A stretch of 64,000 bases of DNA from Selenomonadaceae bacterium (GCA_963598415.1 CAVBUH010000047.1:140024-204023), one strand, 5' to 3'; shown: positions 9,197 through 18,410, numbered from the stretch's first letter. Notes: a model not told the origin generated them from the sequence alone. Numbers and translations: made by a program.

Positions 9197-9499
9197 AAAT
9201 CAAGACTTTTAACATACGCCGCGATCAAATGGCTCCTCGGGGCTTTGCGCGTTAATGCAGCAACCTCTTTTGTCTTCACTTCAAGCAAGCAAACCATTAT
9301 TTGAAACAAAACCGGATCCGGTTCGTGATTCCTAAGGACTGTAAAAAACATTGCGTTTTTAACAGTCCTTTTTTATTTTCCGAAACATAGTACAAGCGGT
9401 GATTTTCATAAACTGAATCAAGATATTACTTTATTATTTCTGATTATCTGCGGAAATATTTCTTTCCGACGATACTGAATAAAACGGAGAGTCGCTATT

Positions 9500-10189
9500 A
9501 TGACCGATATAATTTCAAGATTATTCTGCCTGTTTCTTAAGGTTTCGGGAACAAAATCCTTTCCGCCCCCTCTTCCTCCGGAGGAAGAAGCGGAGTGCTT
9601 TCGAAAAGCCAAAAAAGGAGACCGCAAAGCGCGCGAAATACTGATTGAACACAATCTCCGCCTTGTTGCACATATTGTCAAAAAATATTATTCCACCTAT
9701 AAAAATCAGGAAGATCTTGTTTCAATCGGTACAGTCGGTCTTATAAAAGCCATTGATTCCTTTGATATTTCCAATGGCGCTCGCTTTGCTACCTATGCCA
9801 GCAAATGTCTTCAAAACGAGATACTCATGTACTTTCGTTCTCAGAAAAAAGCCTCTTGCGAAGTTTCGATCAACGAAACGATCGACATAGATAAGGACGG
9901 CAATCCCCTTACCTATATTGATATCATAAGCTGTGAGGATACAATAGCAGAGGACATTGATCTGAAAATCAGCAGTAAAAAAGCTATTGATATCATCAAC
10001 AGCGCCCTTACCCCCCGTGAACGTCAGATCATCATTCTGAGATACGGCTTAAACAACCGACGACCGGTAACACAGCGTGAAATCGCATCGGCGCTGGGGA
10101 TTTCCCGTTCATATGTCAGCCGCATTGAAAAAAGCGCCATTGATAAAATACGAAGCGAATTTCTCCGAATCGGAGAGAATATTTTTTAA
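9500..10189 (+). CDS. sigK: sporulation sigma factor SigK (pro-sigma-K), uninterrupted
   Basis: 229 aa. LIEHNLRLVAHIVKKY, DLVSIGTVGLIKAIDSF and ATYASKCLQNEILMYFR match the SigK/SigE group. An N-terminal pro-sequence of about 20 aa precedes FPPPL. An SD-like GGAGAG lies upstream. Confidence 0.8.
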   Translation: MTDIISRLFCLFLKVSGTKSFPPPLPPEEEAECFRKAKKGDRKAREILIEHNLRLVAHIVKKYYSTYKNQEDLVSIGTVGLIKAIDSFDISNGARFATYASKCLQNEILMYFRSQKKASCEVSINETIDIDKDGNPLTYIDIISCEDTIAEDIDLKISSKKAIDIINSALTPRERQIIILRYGLNNRRPVTQREIASALGISRSYVSRIEKSAIDKIRSEFLRIGENIF

Positions 10190-10257
10190 TCCTTCCCCTC
10201 ATTTTTCTCTGCCTTTATGCATATAAATGGAACAAAAAAATGTGCGAGGTAAAAATT

Positions 10258-11877
10258 ATGGATAACAGCTTATCGCAATATTTAAACGGGAGCATGCCGG
10301 GTGAAGGTATCCTCACCGAGCTGTACACGGGAACTTTAATGTCGGAAAACAGCACTGACTATATCATTCCCGACTACGTTTCAGATGCGGATAAAATTCT
10401 TCTTTGTACAGCAATTCCGAAAATTGAGGGAAAATTTATAAACGGCAATACGGTTGAATTGGAAGGAACGGTATACTTTTATCTGCTTCTTTCCACAGAA
10501 GGAAACACGCTTTCAAGCCTTATTTATTCAGAACCGTTTGAAGCAAAAACCGTAGTGAATGAAATTACCGACGAGTGTTTTGTCAGTCTCATGCCGGTCA
10601 TGGAATACACGAACGCCCGTCTTGTAAATCCGCGCAAGGTAAATCTGCGCTATCAGGTAAATATCGGAATGCGTGTATTCTGCGTCATGACACTTGAACC
10701 CGAAATCAGCGGAACAATGACGATTGAAGACGACATGAATCTTCAGCGCCGTTGCCATGTCCTGCGCACCGCCGAGACAGCTTCTGCAGAAGAAAAAAAC
10801 ATTCAGGTCAGCCAGGATATCGAGCTTGACAGCAGCTATCCGCAGGCAGAGGAAATCATCCTCTGCAAAGTAAGACTCCAGCCGAATGAAATACGAACGC
10901 AGGATAATCAAACAGATATCAGAACCGACGCTTTGGTTAATTGCATTTATCGCACCGACGAAGGCAACTATTTCTGCGTAGACAAAAAATTTACGCTCGA
11001 TAAAAATATAAACGGAACAGGAGAGACCGCCTGCGAATGGATGGCAAGAGCCGTTCCCGGACCGGTAACCGCTAAAATTTCGGCCAACAGTTATGGAGAA
11101 ATGAAGATAATCGAGCTTGATTTCACCTATGATCTTGAGCTTACCGGAATGAAGAATCGGGAAATGGAAGCGGTATGCGACATGTATTCCACAGAATTTG
11201 AATGTGATTCAAGCTTCATTGAAAAAAATATCACCGTGTTCAGAAGATGCTTTGTCAGCAATTTGTCGGTAAATGCAAGCGCCCCCCGCGCCGATATAAA
11301 TGCCGAAAAAGTCAAATCCGTATTTTCCGGTGCGGTCAATATAAAAAAAGCAACCGCACAGTATAATAAAGATAAAAACAAACTCGTTACCGAGGGAACC
11401 GCCGAAATTCTTCTTGTCTGCGAAAATAATGTTCTTGTTGAAAACGAAGAACTGTTCAGTGCAGCAGCGTTTGAATACCCCTTCAAATGCGAGACTGACG
11501 CCCCTGATGATCTCACTTCAGCCGAATTTATTGTTGAATGTACCGTAGGAGATACCAGATTCCGCGCGGATTCTCAGAATATATATTCCGACTTTGAGGT
11601 TTCAATAAAGGTTCTCGCCCTTGATTCAGAGAAGGTAAAATACATTTCCGCTGTAAAGCTGAATAAAGACGCTCCCGTCTTGCATAGCATGGCTCCGATC
11701 ACCCTCAGTTATCCTTCCGGCAATGAAACTCTTTGGGATATCGCAAAATATTATAAGATTACAAGGGAGAGCATAATGGCGTCAAACGGAATGTCAAGCG
11801 ACGACATCAGCAAAAAAAAGGTATTGCTCATTCCCCGCCCGTCTCTGAAAAAACCGTTATTTTCAAAAGTAATTTAA
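10258..11877 (+). CDS. DUF3794-type repeat protein with C-terminal LysM domain (SipL/SpoVID-like candidate)
   Basis: The ORF track gives 10240..11877. I prefer the ATG at 10258 because GAGGT lies about 8 nt upstream. The C-terminus (TLWDIAKYYKITRESIMASNGMSSDDISKKKVLLIP) is LysM-like. The rest resembles the DUF3794 proteins of Clostridia. Confidence 0.6.
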   Translation: MDNSLSQYLNGSMPGEGILTELYTGTLMSENSTDYIIPDYVSDADKILLCTAIPKIEGKFINGNTVELEGTVYFYLLLSTEGNTLSSLIYSEPFEAKTVVNEITDECFVSLMPVMEYTNARLVNPRKVNLRYQVNIGMRVFCVMTLEPEISGTMTIEDDMNLQRRCHVLRTAETASAEEKNIQVSQDIELDSSYPQAEEIILCKVRLQPNEIRTQDNQTDIRTDALVNCIYRTDEGNYFCVDKKFTLDKNINGTGETACEWMARAVPGPVTAKISANSYGEMKIIELDFTYDLELTGMKNREMEAVCDMYSTEFECDSSFIEKNITVFRRCFVSNLSVNASAPRADINAEKVKSVFSGAVNIKKATAQYNKDKNKLVTEGTAEILLVCENNVLVENEELFSAAAFEYPFKCETDAPDDLTSAEFIVECTVGDTRFRADSQNIYSDFEVSIKVLALDSEKVKYISAVKLNKDAPVLHSMAPITLSYPSGNETLWDIAKYYKITRESIMASNGMSSDDISKKKVLLIPRPSLKKPLFSKVI

Positions 11878-11969
11878 CTCTGCTAACTGCCACGTCATAC
11901 GATAATACGGACAAAATACGGACAAAATACGGTCAGGAAAACGTCTTTATCATAACCCAATCAATTATC

Positions 11970-12148
11970 TTAAGGCAGTACCTCACAATGATTGTTGTGC
12001 AGTTGCGCCGCCAGATTTTTCGTCAGACAATACCAATTGAGAAGGCAAGAGCGACTCCTCTGCCGACGAAATTGGTGAAGTATGACGGAAAAGATGCAAG
12101 CAAATCGCAACAAAGGCGTTAGCTGTGCATTGTGCGGTATTGCTTTAA
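11970..12148 (-). mobile_element. family-A MITE-like repeat
   Basis: It runs TTAAGGCAGTACCTCACAATGATTGTTGTGCAG ... GTGCGGTATTGCTTTAA, with the conserved core ...TTTTTCGTCAGACAATACCAATTGAGAAGGCAAGAGCGACTCCTCTGCCGACGAAATTGGTG... Confidence 0.8.
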
Positions 12149-12202
12149 GGCAGCACCGCACGATTCAAGGCACAAGCCATGATTTGTGCGGTGCTGCCTT
12201 AA
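12145..12202. repeat. TIR-only mini derivative of family A (58 bp palindromic hairpin)
   Basis: TTAAGGCAGCACCGCAC-(24 nt)-GTGCGGTGCTGCCTTAA. It shares its left TTAA with the end of the preceding full copy. Confidence 0.7.
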
Positions 12203-12335
12203 ATATGTCTTCAATCCAAAGCGCCGCTATAATACCGAGGCATAAAAAACTAAATCCGACACTTCGAAATCATTTTTTCATCTTTCCTGGCAGCTATACA
12301 GACAAATAGCATTTGCGCATACGCATAAATAGAAA

Positions 12336-12503
12336 GGGCATCTCTAAAAATGCAATGTTCATAGGCGGCAAAGAGATTTTTCGTCAGTCAAAACAAAAAT
12401 TCCGCAGACAGCGGCCTTAAAAAACCGATTCCTTAATATGCACGGAGATTTATTATGGCGTCGTTATCAGATTGACACGAAAAAATTCGCTTTTTTGTGT
12501 CCC
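12336..12503 (+). mobile_element. family-B MITE-like repeat (3' half diverged)
   Basis: The sequence is GGGCATCTCTAAAAATGCAATGTTCATAGGCGGCAAAGAGATTTTTCGTCAGTCAAAACAAAAATTCCGCAGACAGCG ... TTTTTTGTGTCCC. Confidence 0.55.
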
Positions 12504-12635
12504 GATTCCAATATTTACACAATGTTAATAATTATCGCTGAGACAAGTGGTAAAATATATAATGGGATTTTTTAAAAATTTCTAATAAAAATACGGGTTA
12601 TTCCAAAGATCCGTACATCAGGATATCATGAATTT

Positions 12636-13145
12636 ATGAGAAAACATATTGAAATAGGAAAAATAACAAGACCGCACGGAATCAACGGCGCCGTTAAGGT
12701 TGAGCCATGGTGCGATTCCCCTTCCGTTCTTGCAAACCTTAAAAGAATTTTTACAGCCAATGAAAACAGCTTTACTGAAATAAAAATCATGAAATCATCG
12801 ATTCAAAAGGACCGTGTTATCCTTTCTCTTGACGGCATTGATACCCCGGAAGCCGCGGAACGACTTCGCAGCATTATCATTTATGCCGACAGAGATGATA
12901 TTCCGGTCAGAGATGGAGCTTTTCTCATCGACGATCTTAAGGGGCTGCCCGTTATTGACATACACAGCGGAACGCTTTACGGGAAACTGAACGATGTTCT
13001 TCAGGGCGCGGCAGGCGACCTATACGAGGTTTCAACGGAAAAAGGCGAGGTTCTCATTCCGGCTGTAAAGGAATTCATTAAAAATATTGAGATAGAAAAG
13101 GGCATATATATTGCTCCGATCAAAGGAATGTTCGATGAGAATTGA
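12636..13145 (+). CDS. rimM: 16S rRNA processing protein RimM
   Basis: 169 aa. It has the GKITRPHGINGAVKVEPW N-terminal motif, a PRC-barrel-like C-terminus, and overlaps trmD. Confidence 0.85.
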   Translation: MRKHIEIGKITRPHGINGAVKVEPWCDSPSVLANLKRIFTANENSFTEIKIMKSSIQKDRVILSLDGIDTPEAAERLRSIIIYADRDDIPVRDGAFLIDDLKGLPVIDIHSGTLYGKLNDVLQGAAGDLYEVSTEKGEVLIPAVKEFIKNIEIEKGIYIAPIKGMFDEN

Positions 13146-13812
13146 TATTCTTACGTTGTTTCCCGATATGGTGGAAGCGGTTCTCGGTGAAAGCATTATA
13201 GGAAGGGCCGCTGCCGCCGGTATTCTTGACATACGGGTTCACAATATCCGCAGCTATTCCGAGGACAAGCACCGCAGAGTAGACGACACTCCGTACGGCG
13301 GCGGCATGGGCATGCTCCTTGCCGCACCGCCTATATATAATTGCTTCAGAGCGATTACCGCGGATTCCGCAAAAAAAAAGCCGCATACTGTTTATATGTC
13401 TCCTCAAGGTAAAGTGCTTACACAAAAAAAAGCCGAATCGCTGGCTTCTCTTGACAGACTCATTATCCTTTGCGGACATTATGAGGGTATTGACGAGCGT
13501 ATCATCGAAGAAATCGTTGATGAGGAAATATCGGTCGGAGACTATGTCCTGACAGGCGGAGAGCTTCCTGCCTGCATTCTTACAGACTGCGTGGCAAGGC
13601 TTGTCGAAGGCGTGCTCTCCGACAGCGAATGTCATAAAATCGAAAGTATTTCATGCGGCATGCTTGAATATCCACAGTATACCCGTCCGCCCGAATTCAG
13701 AGGCAAAAAGGTTCCGGCCGTACTTACCGGCGGGAATCACGCTGAAATCGATAAATGGAGATATGAGGAGGCACTGAAACGCACACTGAAAAAACGTCCG
13801 GATTTGCTGTAA
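13135..13812 (+). CDS. trmD: tRNA (guanine37-N1)-methyltransferase TrmD
   Basis: MRIDILTLFPDM start, then DDTPYGGGMGM and CGHYEGIDERI motifs. The ORF-track start at 13111 is upstream. The ATG at 13135 matches the family N-terminus. Confidence 0.9.
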   Translation: MRIDILTLFPDMVEAVLGESIIGRAAAAGILDIRVHNIRSYSEDKHRRVDDTPYGGGMGMLLAAPPIYNCFRAITADSAKKKPHTVYMSPQGKVLTQKKAESLASLDRLIILCGHYEGIDERIIEEIVDEEISVGDYVLTGGELPACILTDCVARLVEGVLSDSECHKIESISCGMLEYPQYTRPPEFRGKKVPAVLTGGNHAEIDKWRYEEALKRTLKKRPDLL

Positions 13813-13886
13813 AGCCGTCCGAAAATATTGACCTTTTCTATGCCGCCGTACTGGTTGCCATAACGGCAATAGCAAAGCTGATTGGA

Positions 13887-15305
13887 ATGATTCGTTCCTC
13901 CGTGCTTGCTTCTTTTTGCGGTGCCGGAGAGCTTGCTTCCGTTTTTGCCTCGGTAAACAGAACAACGATGTCGTTTTTCGATCTGTTCATAGGCTCCGCA
14001 ATATCCGGCTGTTTTATCCCCTCTCTCGCCTCCCGAAGCAGGAAGCGCGAAAGCTTTGTATCTGCTTTTTTTATTACCGTTGTCATCGCCTCAACAACCG
14101 TTGCTTTATTCGGAAGTGTTTTTTCAAATCAACTTGCGGAAATCATCTCACCGGGACTTTCTTCGGAAATGAAAACGGTAACCGCCGAACTGCTTCGGAT
14201 TTTTTTGCCGTCGGTCGTTGCGGCGGGAGGTGCTTATGTTCTCACCGCTCTGTGCCAAACCGGAAAACACCGGCTTTTACCGGCGGCAATCAGCGTAATG
14301 TCAAATGTCTTTATCATCATATGTCTTTTGGTCATCGGAAAAATTGACAGCACGGAAAAGCTGAAGCTTCTATCCGCAGTTTTCGTTTTTTCGTGGATTA
14401 TACAGCTTTTTTTCTGCGCAATTCCGTTTTTCCCTCATCTAAAAATAAGTTTTAAGCCTGATTTTAAGAGTATTGGAGCGGTATTGAAAAAATTCCCATC
14501 TTCACTTGCGGCGTCATGGCTCCTTCCCTTTTCAATATCGGTCACACTGCTTTTCTCCTCTGCATCGGCTACAAACGGCAGCGCGCTTTTTGATTATGCT
14601 TCCGTTATTTTTTCTGCCGTTATCGGAATTCTGGTCTCGGCAATCGGCGGATATGCCTTTCCTGTACTTGCGGACTCATATCATAGCAAAACAGATTTTA
14701 TAAGGAAATCAAAGCATTGCATAAAAACAGCCTTCGCCGTCTCCCTTCCGATATCGATTCTTTTATCGCTTCTTTCAAAAGAAATTGTCTCGGTTTTATA
14801 TCTGAGAGGAAGCTTTGAAGCTTCCGACGCGACCGCAGTATCGGAAATACTTTCGATCTTGTCCATGTCAATTCCCTTTTGCATTATAAATGAAACCCTC
14901 AGAAGAATTTTCGAAGCGGCAGGAAAAAACAAATATGCCGCTCTTTCCGCCATAGTGGGTATCGTATCGACGCTTACCGCGCAGATATTGGCTTATTATT
15001 CAGATGCGGGACTTGCCGGAATCGCCTCAGCCCTTACGGTAGGACAGCTTTTCGCCTCCGCCTTCGGGCTTGTCACTGCCTCAGTATGGCTCCCCGAAAC
15101 GGAAACGCTTCCGCATATCGAAAATATATTGCTCGGTTCCGCAGTATCCGCTGTAGCTTCGGGATTGATTTATAACCTGATCTCGCCTTATCTTAATAAG
15201 AATATTCCGGAAACAATATTATGTATTACAGCGATATCCCTATCAGCATTCGCCTCCTATCTGCCCTTTATAAAAAATAAAAGAAAGGAAAGAATCAGAG
15301 AATGA
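13887..15305 (+). CDS. murJ: lipid II flippase MurJ/MviN family (start uncertain)
   Basis: 472 aa polytopic membrane protein. The MurJ-like N-terminal pattern LIGMIRSSVLASFCGAGELASVF... begins upstream of the first ATG. Confidence 0.65.
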   Translation: MIRSSVLASFCGAGELASVFASVNRTTMSFFDLFIGSAISGCFIPSLASRSRKRESFVSAFFITVVIASTTVALFGSVFSNQLAEIISPGLSSEMKTVTAELLRIFLPSVVAAGGAYVLTALCQTGKHRLLPAAISVMSNVFIIICLLVIGKIDSTEKLKLLSAVFVFSWIIQLFFCAIPFFPHLKISFKPDFKSIGAVLKKFPSSLAASWLLPFSISVTLLFSSASATNGSALFDYASVIFSAVIGILVSAIGGYAFPVLADSYHSKTDFIRKSKHCIKTAFAVSLPISILLSLLSKEIVSVLYLRGSFEASDATAVSEILSILSMSIPFCIINETLRRIFEAAGKNKYAALSAIVGIVSTLTAQILAYYSDAGLAGIASALTVGQLFASAFGLVTASVWLPETETLPHIENILLGSAVSAVASGLIYNLISPYLNKNIPETILCITAISLSAFASYLPFIKNKRKERIRE

Positions 15306-17245
15306 ACGAAAAAAAACGTCCGTCGGTCGTGGCTGAAATATTCAAAAAAAGTCTGATTGTTTCGGCTTTGATACGTTTTTCGGACTTTATAAGCGAACAA
15401 TTCTCAGAAAGCTTTTTCGGGTATCTGCTCTGCGGCAATTACCGCAGGGAGAGCGGAAGCATTACAGAGCTTATCTCTGAGAGGCTGCGCTTGAAACAAA
15501 GAATCTCCATTCCGTTTAAACGCTTTATGGCAAAAGCCTTTGAAAAAAGCTTTATCCTCGGAAAGCTGAACCGGCTTCTGCATCAAATTCCGGATTTACA
15601 GATAAAAGCTGTGGGAGCATTCACTTTTTCTTTCGGACTCTATATTTCGATCTCGTATTTGATACGGCGCTTTGCAATGAATCTTCCGGAAGCCGTTTTT
15701 TCAGAGCTATATCTCGGAATAGTCTGTGTCGCAATAGGCGGAGCAATGAGTTCTTCGTCAAAGAAAATCTCATCTGCGATTTGTGAAAGTAAAATCCTCT
15801 CGTTTCTCCTTTTCTCCGTTCTCGGAATAAAAAAAGAAGCTTTCCGCGGTTCTCACCGAATATACGGCCGAAACGATGCGGCATTTTTACTCGGTATCGC
15901 TATCGGCGCGCTTTCCGCATTTGTTTCACCGTTCATAATCGTATGCGGCCTTTTTTTACTTATTCTTGCCTATGCCATTCTTACTGTTCCGGAATGCGGC
16001 GTGATTTGCATTATTCTCGCATTGCCTTTTCTCAGAACAATATACATCGCAATACTGTGCGCCTATGTCACTGCATGCTGGCTTCTTAAGCTTATGCGCG
16101 GTAAGAGAACGCTGGCAACAAATTCTCTTGATATCTCGGTGCTTGCCTTTATGACAGTCATTTTTTTCGGAGGCGTAATTTCCGTCACTCCCGCCGAAAG
16201 CATGAGAACGGCGCTGCTCTATATCTGTCTAATGTCGGGATATTTTCTCGCCGTCAACCTCATAAGGACCTCTGAATGGTTTTATCGCTGTGTGAAGGCG
16301 CTTATTTTCTCGCTCGCCGTCACAACCTCAATCGGCGTAATCGAATACGCCTTAGGACTCTCCCCCTTCAAATGGCTGGACACCTCGCTGTTCTCCTATA
16401 TTCCGGGAAGAGCCGTTTCCCTCTTCGGAAATCCGAATGTCCTTGCGGAATTTATCATACTTACGCTTCCCTTTCTTCTTGTATTCCGCGCGGCTTCAGG
16501 CAAGGGAGATGCCGCTTTCGGTTTATCTCTCCTCTCTGTTATCGCCATTCTTTGCCTTATCTTCACATGGTCCCGCGGAGGATGGCTTGCAGCGATAGCA
16601 GGAGGCATAATATTGCTTATGCTCTACAGCAAAAAAAATGTCGGATTTCTGATAGCATCCTTAGTCATCATACCTGCCGTTCCGGCATTTCTCCCCTCGT
16701 CCGTATCTGAACGTTTTCTCAGCTCCTTCAGTATTTCCGATTCCTCTATCTCCTATCGAACGGGAATCTGGAACGGTGTCGACAGACTGCTTTCTGAATG
16801 CTTTGCCGGTGGAATCGGTATCGGAGAAAGCGCCTTTCGGAGAATTTATCCCCTCTTTTCTCTCAGCACAATCGAGGAAGCACCGCACACCCACAATCTT
16901 TATACACAAATTATGGTCTCGGTCGGAATCACAGGACTTGCGGTTTTCATTGCCGTCATGCTGATTTTCCTGCGTCACTTCGCTTCCTACTATTCTTCGG
17001 GAAAATATGATGAAAAACGCCTGCGATTGTCTTCGGCTGCCGGATTTACGGGAATCTGTGCAATTCTCATTCACGGTTTTACCGATTATGTGTGGTATAA
17101 CAATCGGATTTTCCTTCTCTTCTGGCTTATACTCGGGCTGACCTCCGCCGCCATAAGAACGGGTGTAAGAGAAAGAGTGTACAGAGAACCGGAGGGTATT
17201 TCCCTTGATCTCGATATCAAAAAGCTCTCCCGTCCCAAAATATAA
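15302..17245 (+). CDS. O-antigen ligase (Wzy_C) domain membrane protein
   Basis: 647 aa with many TM helices. TWSRGGWLAAIAGG and a later HNLYTQ segment are typical of the O-antigen ligase-like family. It overlaps murJ by 4 nt. Confidence 0.65.
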   Translation: MNEKKRPSVVAEIFKKSLIVSALIRFSDFISEQFSESFFGYLLCGNYRRESGSITELISERLRLKQRISIPFKRFMAKAFEKSFILGKLNRLLHQIPDLQIKAVGAFTFSFGLYISISYLIRRFAMNLPEAVFSELYLGIVCVAIGGAMSSSSKKISSAICESKILSFLLFSVLGIKKEAFRGSHRIYGRNDAAFLLGIAIGALSAFVSPFIIVCGLFLLILAYAILTVPECGVICIILALPFLRTIYIAILCAYVTACWLLKLMRGKRTLATNSLDISVLAFMTVIFFGGVISVTPAESMRTALLYICLMSGYFLAVNLIRTSEWFYRCVKALIFSLAVTTSIGVIEYALGLSPFKWLDTSLFSYIPGRAVSLFGNPNVLAEFIILTLPFLLVFRAASGKGDAAFGLSLLSVIAILCLIFTWSRGGWLAAIAGGIILLMLYSKKNVGFLIASLVIIPAVPAFLPSSVSERFLSSFSISDSSISYRTGIWNGVDRLLSECFAGGIGIGESAFRRIYPLFSLSTIEEAPHTHNLYTQIMVSVGITGLAVFIAVMLIFLRHFASYYSSGKYDEKRLRLSSAAGFTGICAILIHGFTDYVWYNNRIFLLFWLILGLTSAAIRTGVRERVYREPEGISLDLDIKKLSRPKI

Positions 17246-17269
17246 CCTTAACAGGATTTCAGGAAAGGT

Positions 17270-17791
17270 ATGGCGCACATTATGAACAATAATCCATCCG
17301 AAAAAAAGAAATATGTTTTCAATTTTATAGATGTAATACTTATCATTCTTATTCTCGCCGCAGCTTCCGCTCTCGTATATTTTCTCAGGGAAAGAAAAAT
17401 CGTAATATCAGATAAAGGAGAGACAACGGAAATAATCTATAAGCTGGAAGTATCTCCGATGAGAGAGGAATTCCGAAATCTGGTGGAAATCGGAGATACT
17501 GTGACAGACTGTACTTATTTGTTATCCATCGGAGAGATAACCGATGTTGCATACTCCCCCTGCATTTATACCGGATTCAACAAAGAGCTTGGCGAAACCG
17601 TTAAAAGTACTTATCCGGGAAAAATAACCATGACTGTTACAATCAAAGCAGAAGCCAGAATTACCGATACAGGCTATACGGTAAACGGCAAAGAGCTTAT
17701 TCTCGACGAAATGATCAGTTTTCGTGTGCCGGGTTATACCGGAAACGGAAAATGCGTATCGATTACCGTATCCGATAACGGGAATCAATAA
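17270..17791 (+). CDS. membrane-anchored hypothetical protein (DUF4330-like), paralog 1
   Basis: 173 aa. An N-terminal FNFIDVILIILILAA TM helix is followed by a beta-rich domain. The SD AGGAAAGG lies upstream. Confidence 0.5.
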   Translation: MAHIMNNNPSEKKKYVFNFIDVILIILILAAASALVYFLRERKIVISDKGETTEIIYKLEVSPMREEFRNLVEIGDTVTDCTYLLSIGEITDVAYSPCIYTGFNKELGETVKSTYPGKITMTVTIKAEARITDTGYTVNGKELILDEMISFRVPGYTGNGKCVSITVSDNGNQ

Positions 17792-17818
17792 AGTCTCCCC
17801 CGGAAAGGAAAGATAAAA

Positions 17819-18307
17819 ATGAACCAAAAAGCTGGAAAAAACAGGCGCACACGTTTTTCAATAATCGATTTTGTCATAATTCTTATGCTCCTTGCATGCA
17901 TAGTCGGAGCTGTCATGCGTTACAATATAGCGGAAAGCCTCTTCTCCAAAACGGTTACCCAAGAAATGACGGTAAATTTTATTGCAGAAGCCCTTACGGA
18001 AAACAAAGCTTCCGCTTTTAACGAAAACGCGGTATTTTATTCAGGAAACGATTCCTTCGGTAAGCTTATATCTGTAAATTCCTCCCCTGCAATCGGTTAT
18101 TATGAAAATGCAGAGGGAATATACACGGAATATGAAAAAGAAGGGCTTTATGATATCTCTGGAAGCTTTGTCTGCGAATTGGTTCGCTCTGACAGCGGAT
18201 ATTTACTCAATGGAAAAACCTATATTGCTCCCGGCTCTGTCTTTACCCTGAAATCCGGCGGAGCTGCCGTTTCTGTTTTGATTACGGCGCTTGAACCCGC
18301 GGAATGA
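17819..18307 (+). CDS. membrane-anchored hypothetical protein (DUF4330-like), paralog 2
   Basis: 162 aa with the same architecture (FSIIDFVIILMLLAC TM helix then a beta-rich domain). The SD GGAAAGGAAAG lies upstream. Confidence 0.5.
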   Translation: MNQKAGKNRRTRFSIIDFVIILMLLACIVGAVMRYNIAESLFSKTVTQEMTVNFIAEALTENKASAFNENAVFYSGNDSFGKLISVNSSPAIGYYENAEGIYTEYEKEGLYDISGSFVCELVRSDSGYLLNGKTYIAPGSVFTLKSGGAAVSVLITALEPAE

Positions 18308-18381
18308 CGGTCTAAATTTTACATTTAAGCCCTGATATTTCAGCGTACTCTGATTGAAAGATAAAAATATTCTAAAAACAC

Positions 18382-18410
18382 TTGATTTTATAAAAGAAAT
18401 TTGCTATAAT
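18382..18410 (+). promoter_or_regulatory. sigma-A type promoter candidate for ptsH
   Basis: TTGATT (18382-18387), a 17 nt spacer, then TATAAT (18405-18410), about 45 nt upstream of the ptsH ATG. Confidence 0.5.

Noticed and set aside
9300-9380. The sequence GGTTCGTGATTCC near 9318 resembles a tRNA T-arm, and a strong hairpin lies at 9333-9375.
   Set aside because: No acceptor, D or anticodon arms can be drawn around it. The hairpin (AGGACTGT.AAAAAC / GTTTTTAACAGTCCT plus a T-run) is more simply an orphan intrinsic terminator upstream of sigK.
9500-10189. I checked whether sigK is interrupted by a skin-like element.
   Set aside because: The ORF is continuous (229 aa) from the pro-sequence to region 4.2. 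No recombinase or intervening element is present.
11970-12161. A set of small ORFs gives similar peptides of the form M(R/G)ICLxLF...ISSAEESLLPPQFVLSDEKSGGATAQQSLCG. They lie at 11970-12161 (-), 20578-20811 (-), 28186-28437 (+) and 60336-60575 (+). At first sight they look like a conserved micro-protein family.
   Set aside because: They are translations of the family-A repeat DNA. Start codons and stops are not conserved: the 35940 copy has an in-frame stop, and others read out of the element into the flanks. No SD is present. The similarity is fully explained by nucleotide identity.
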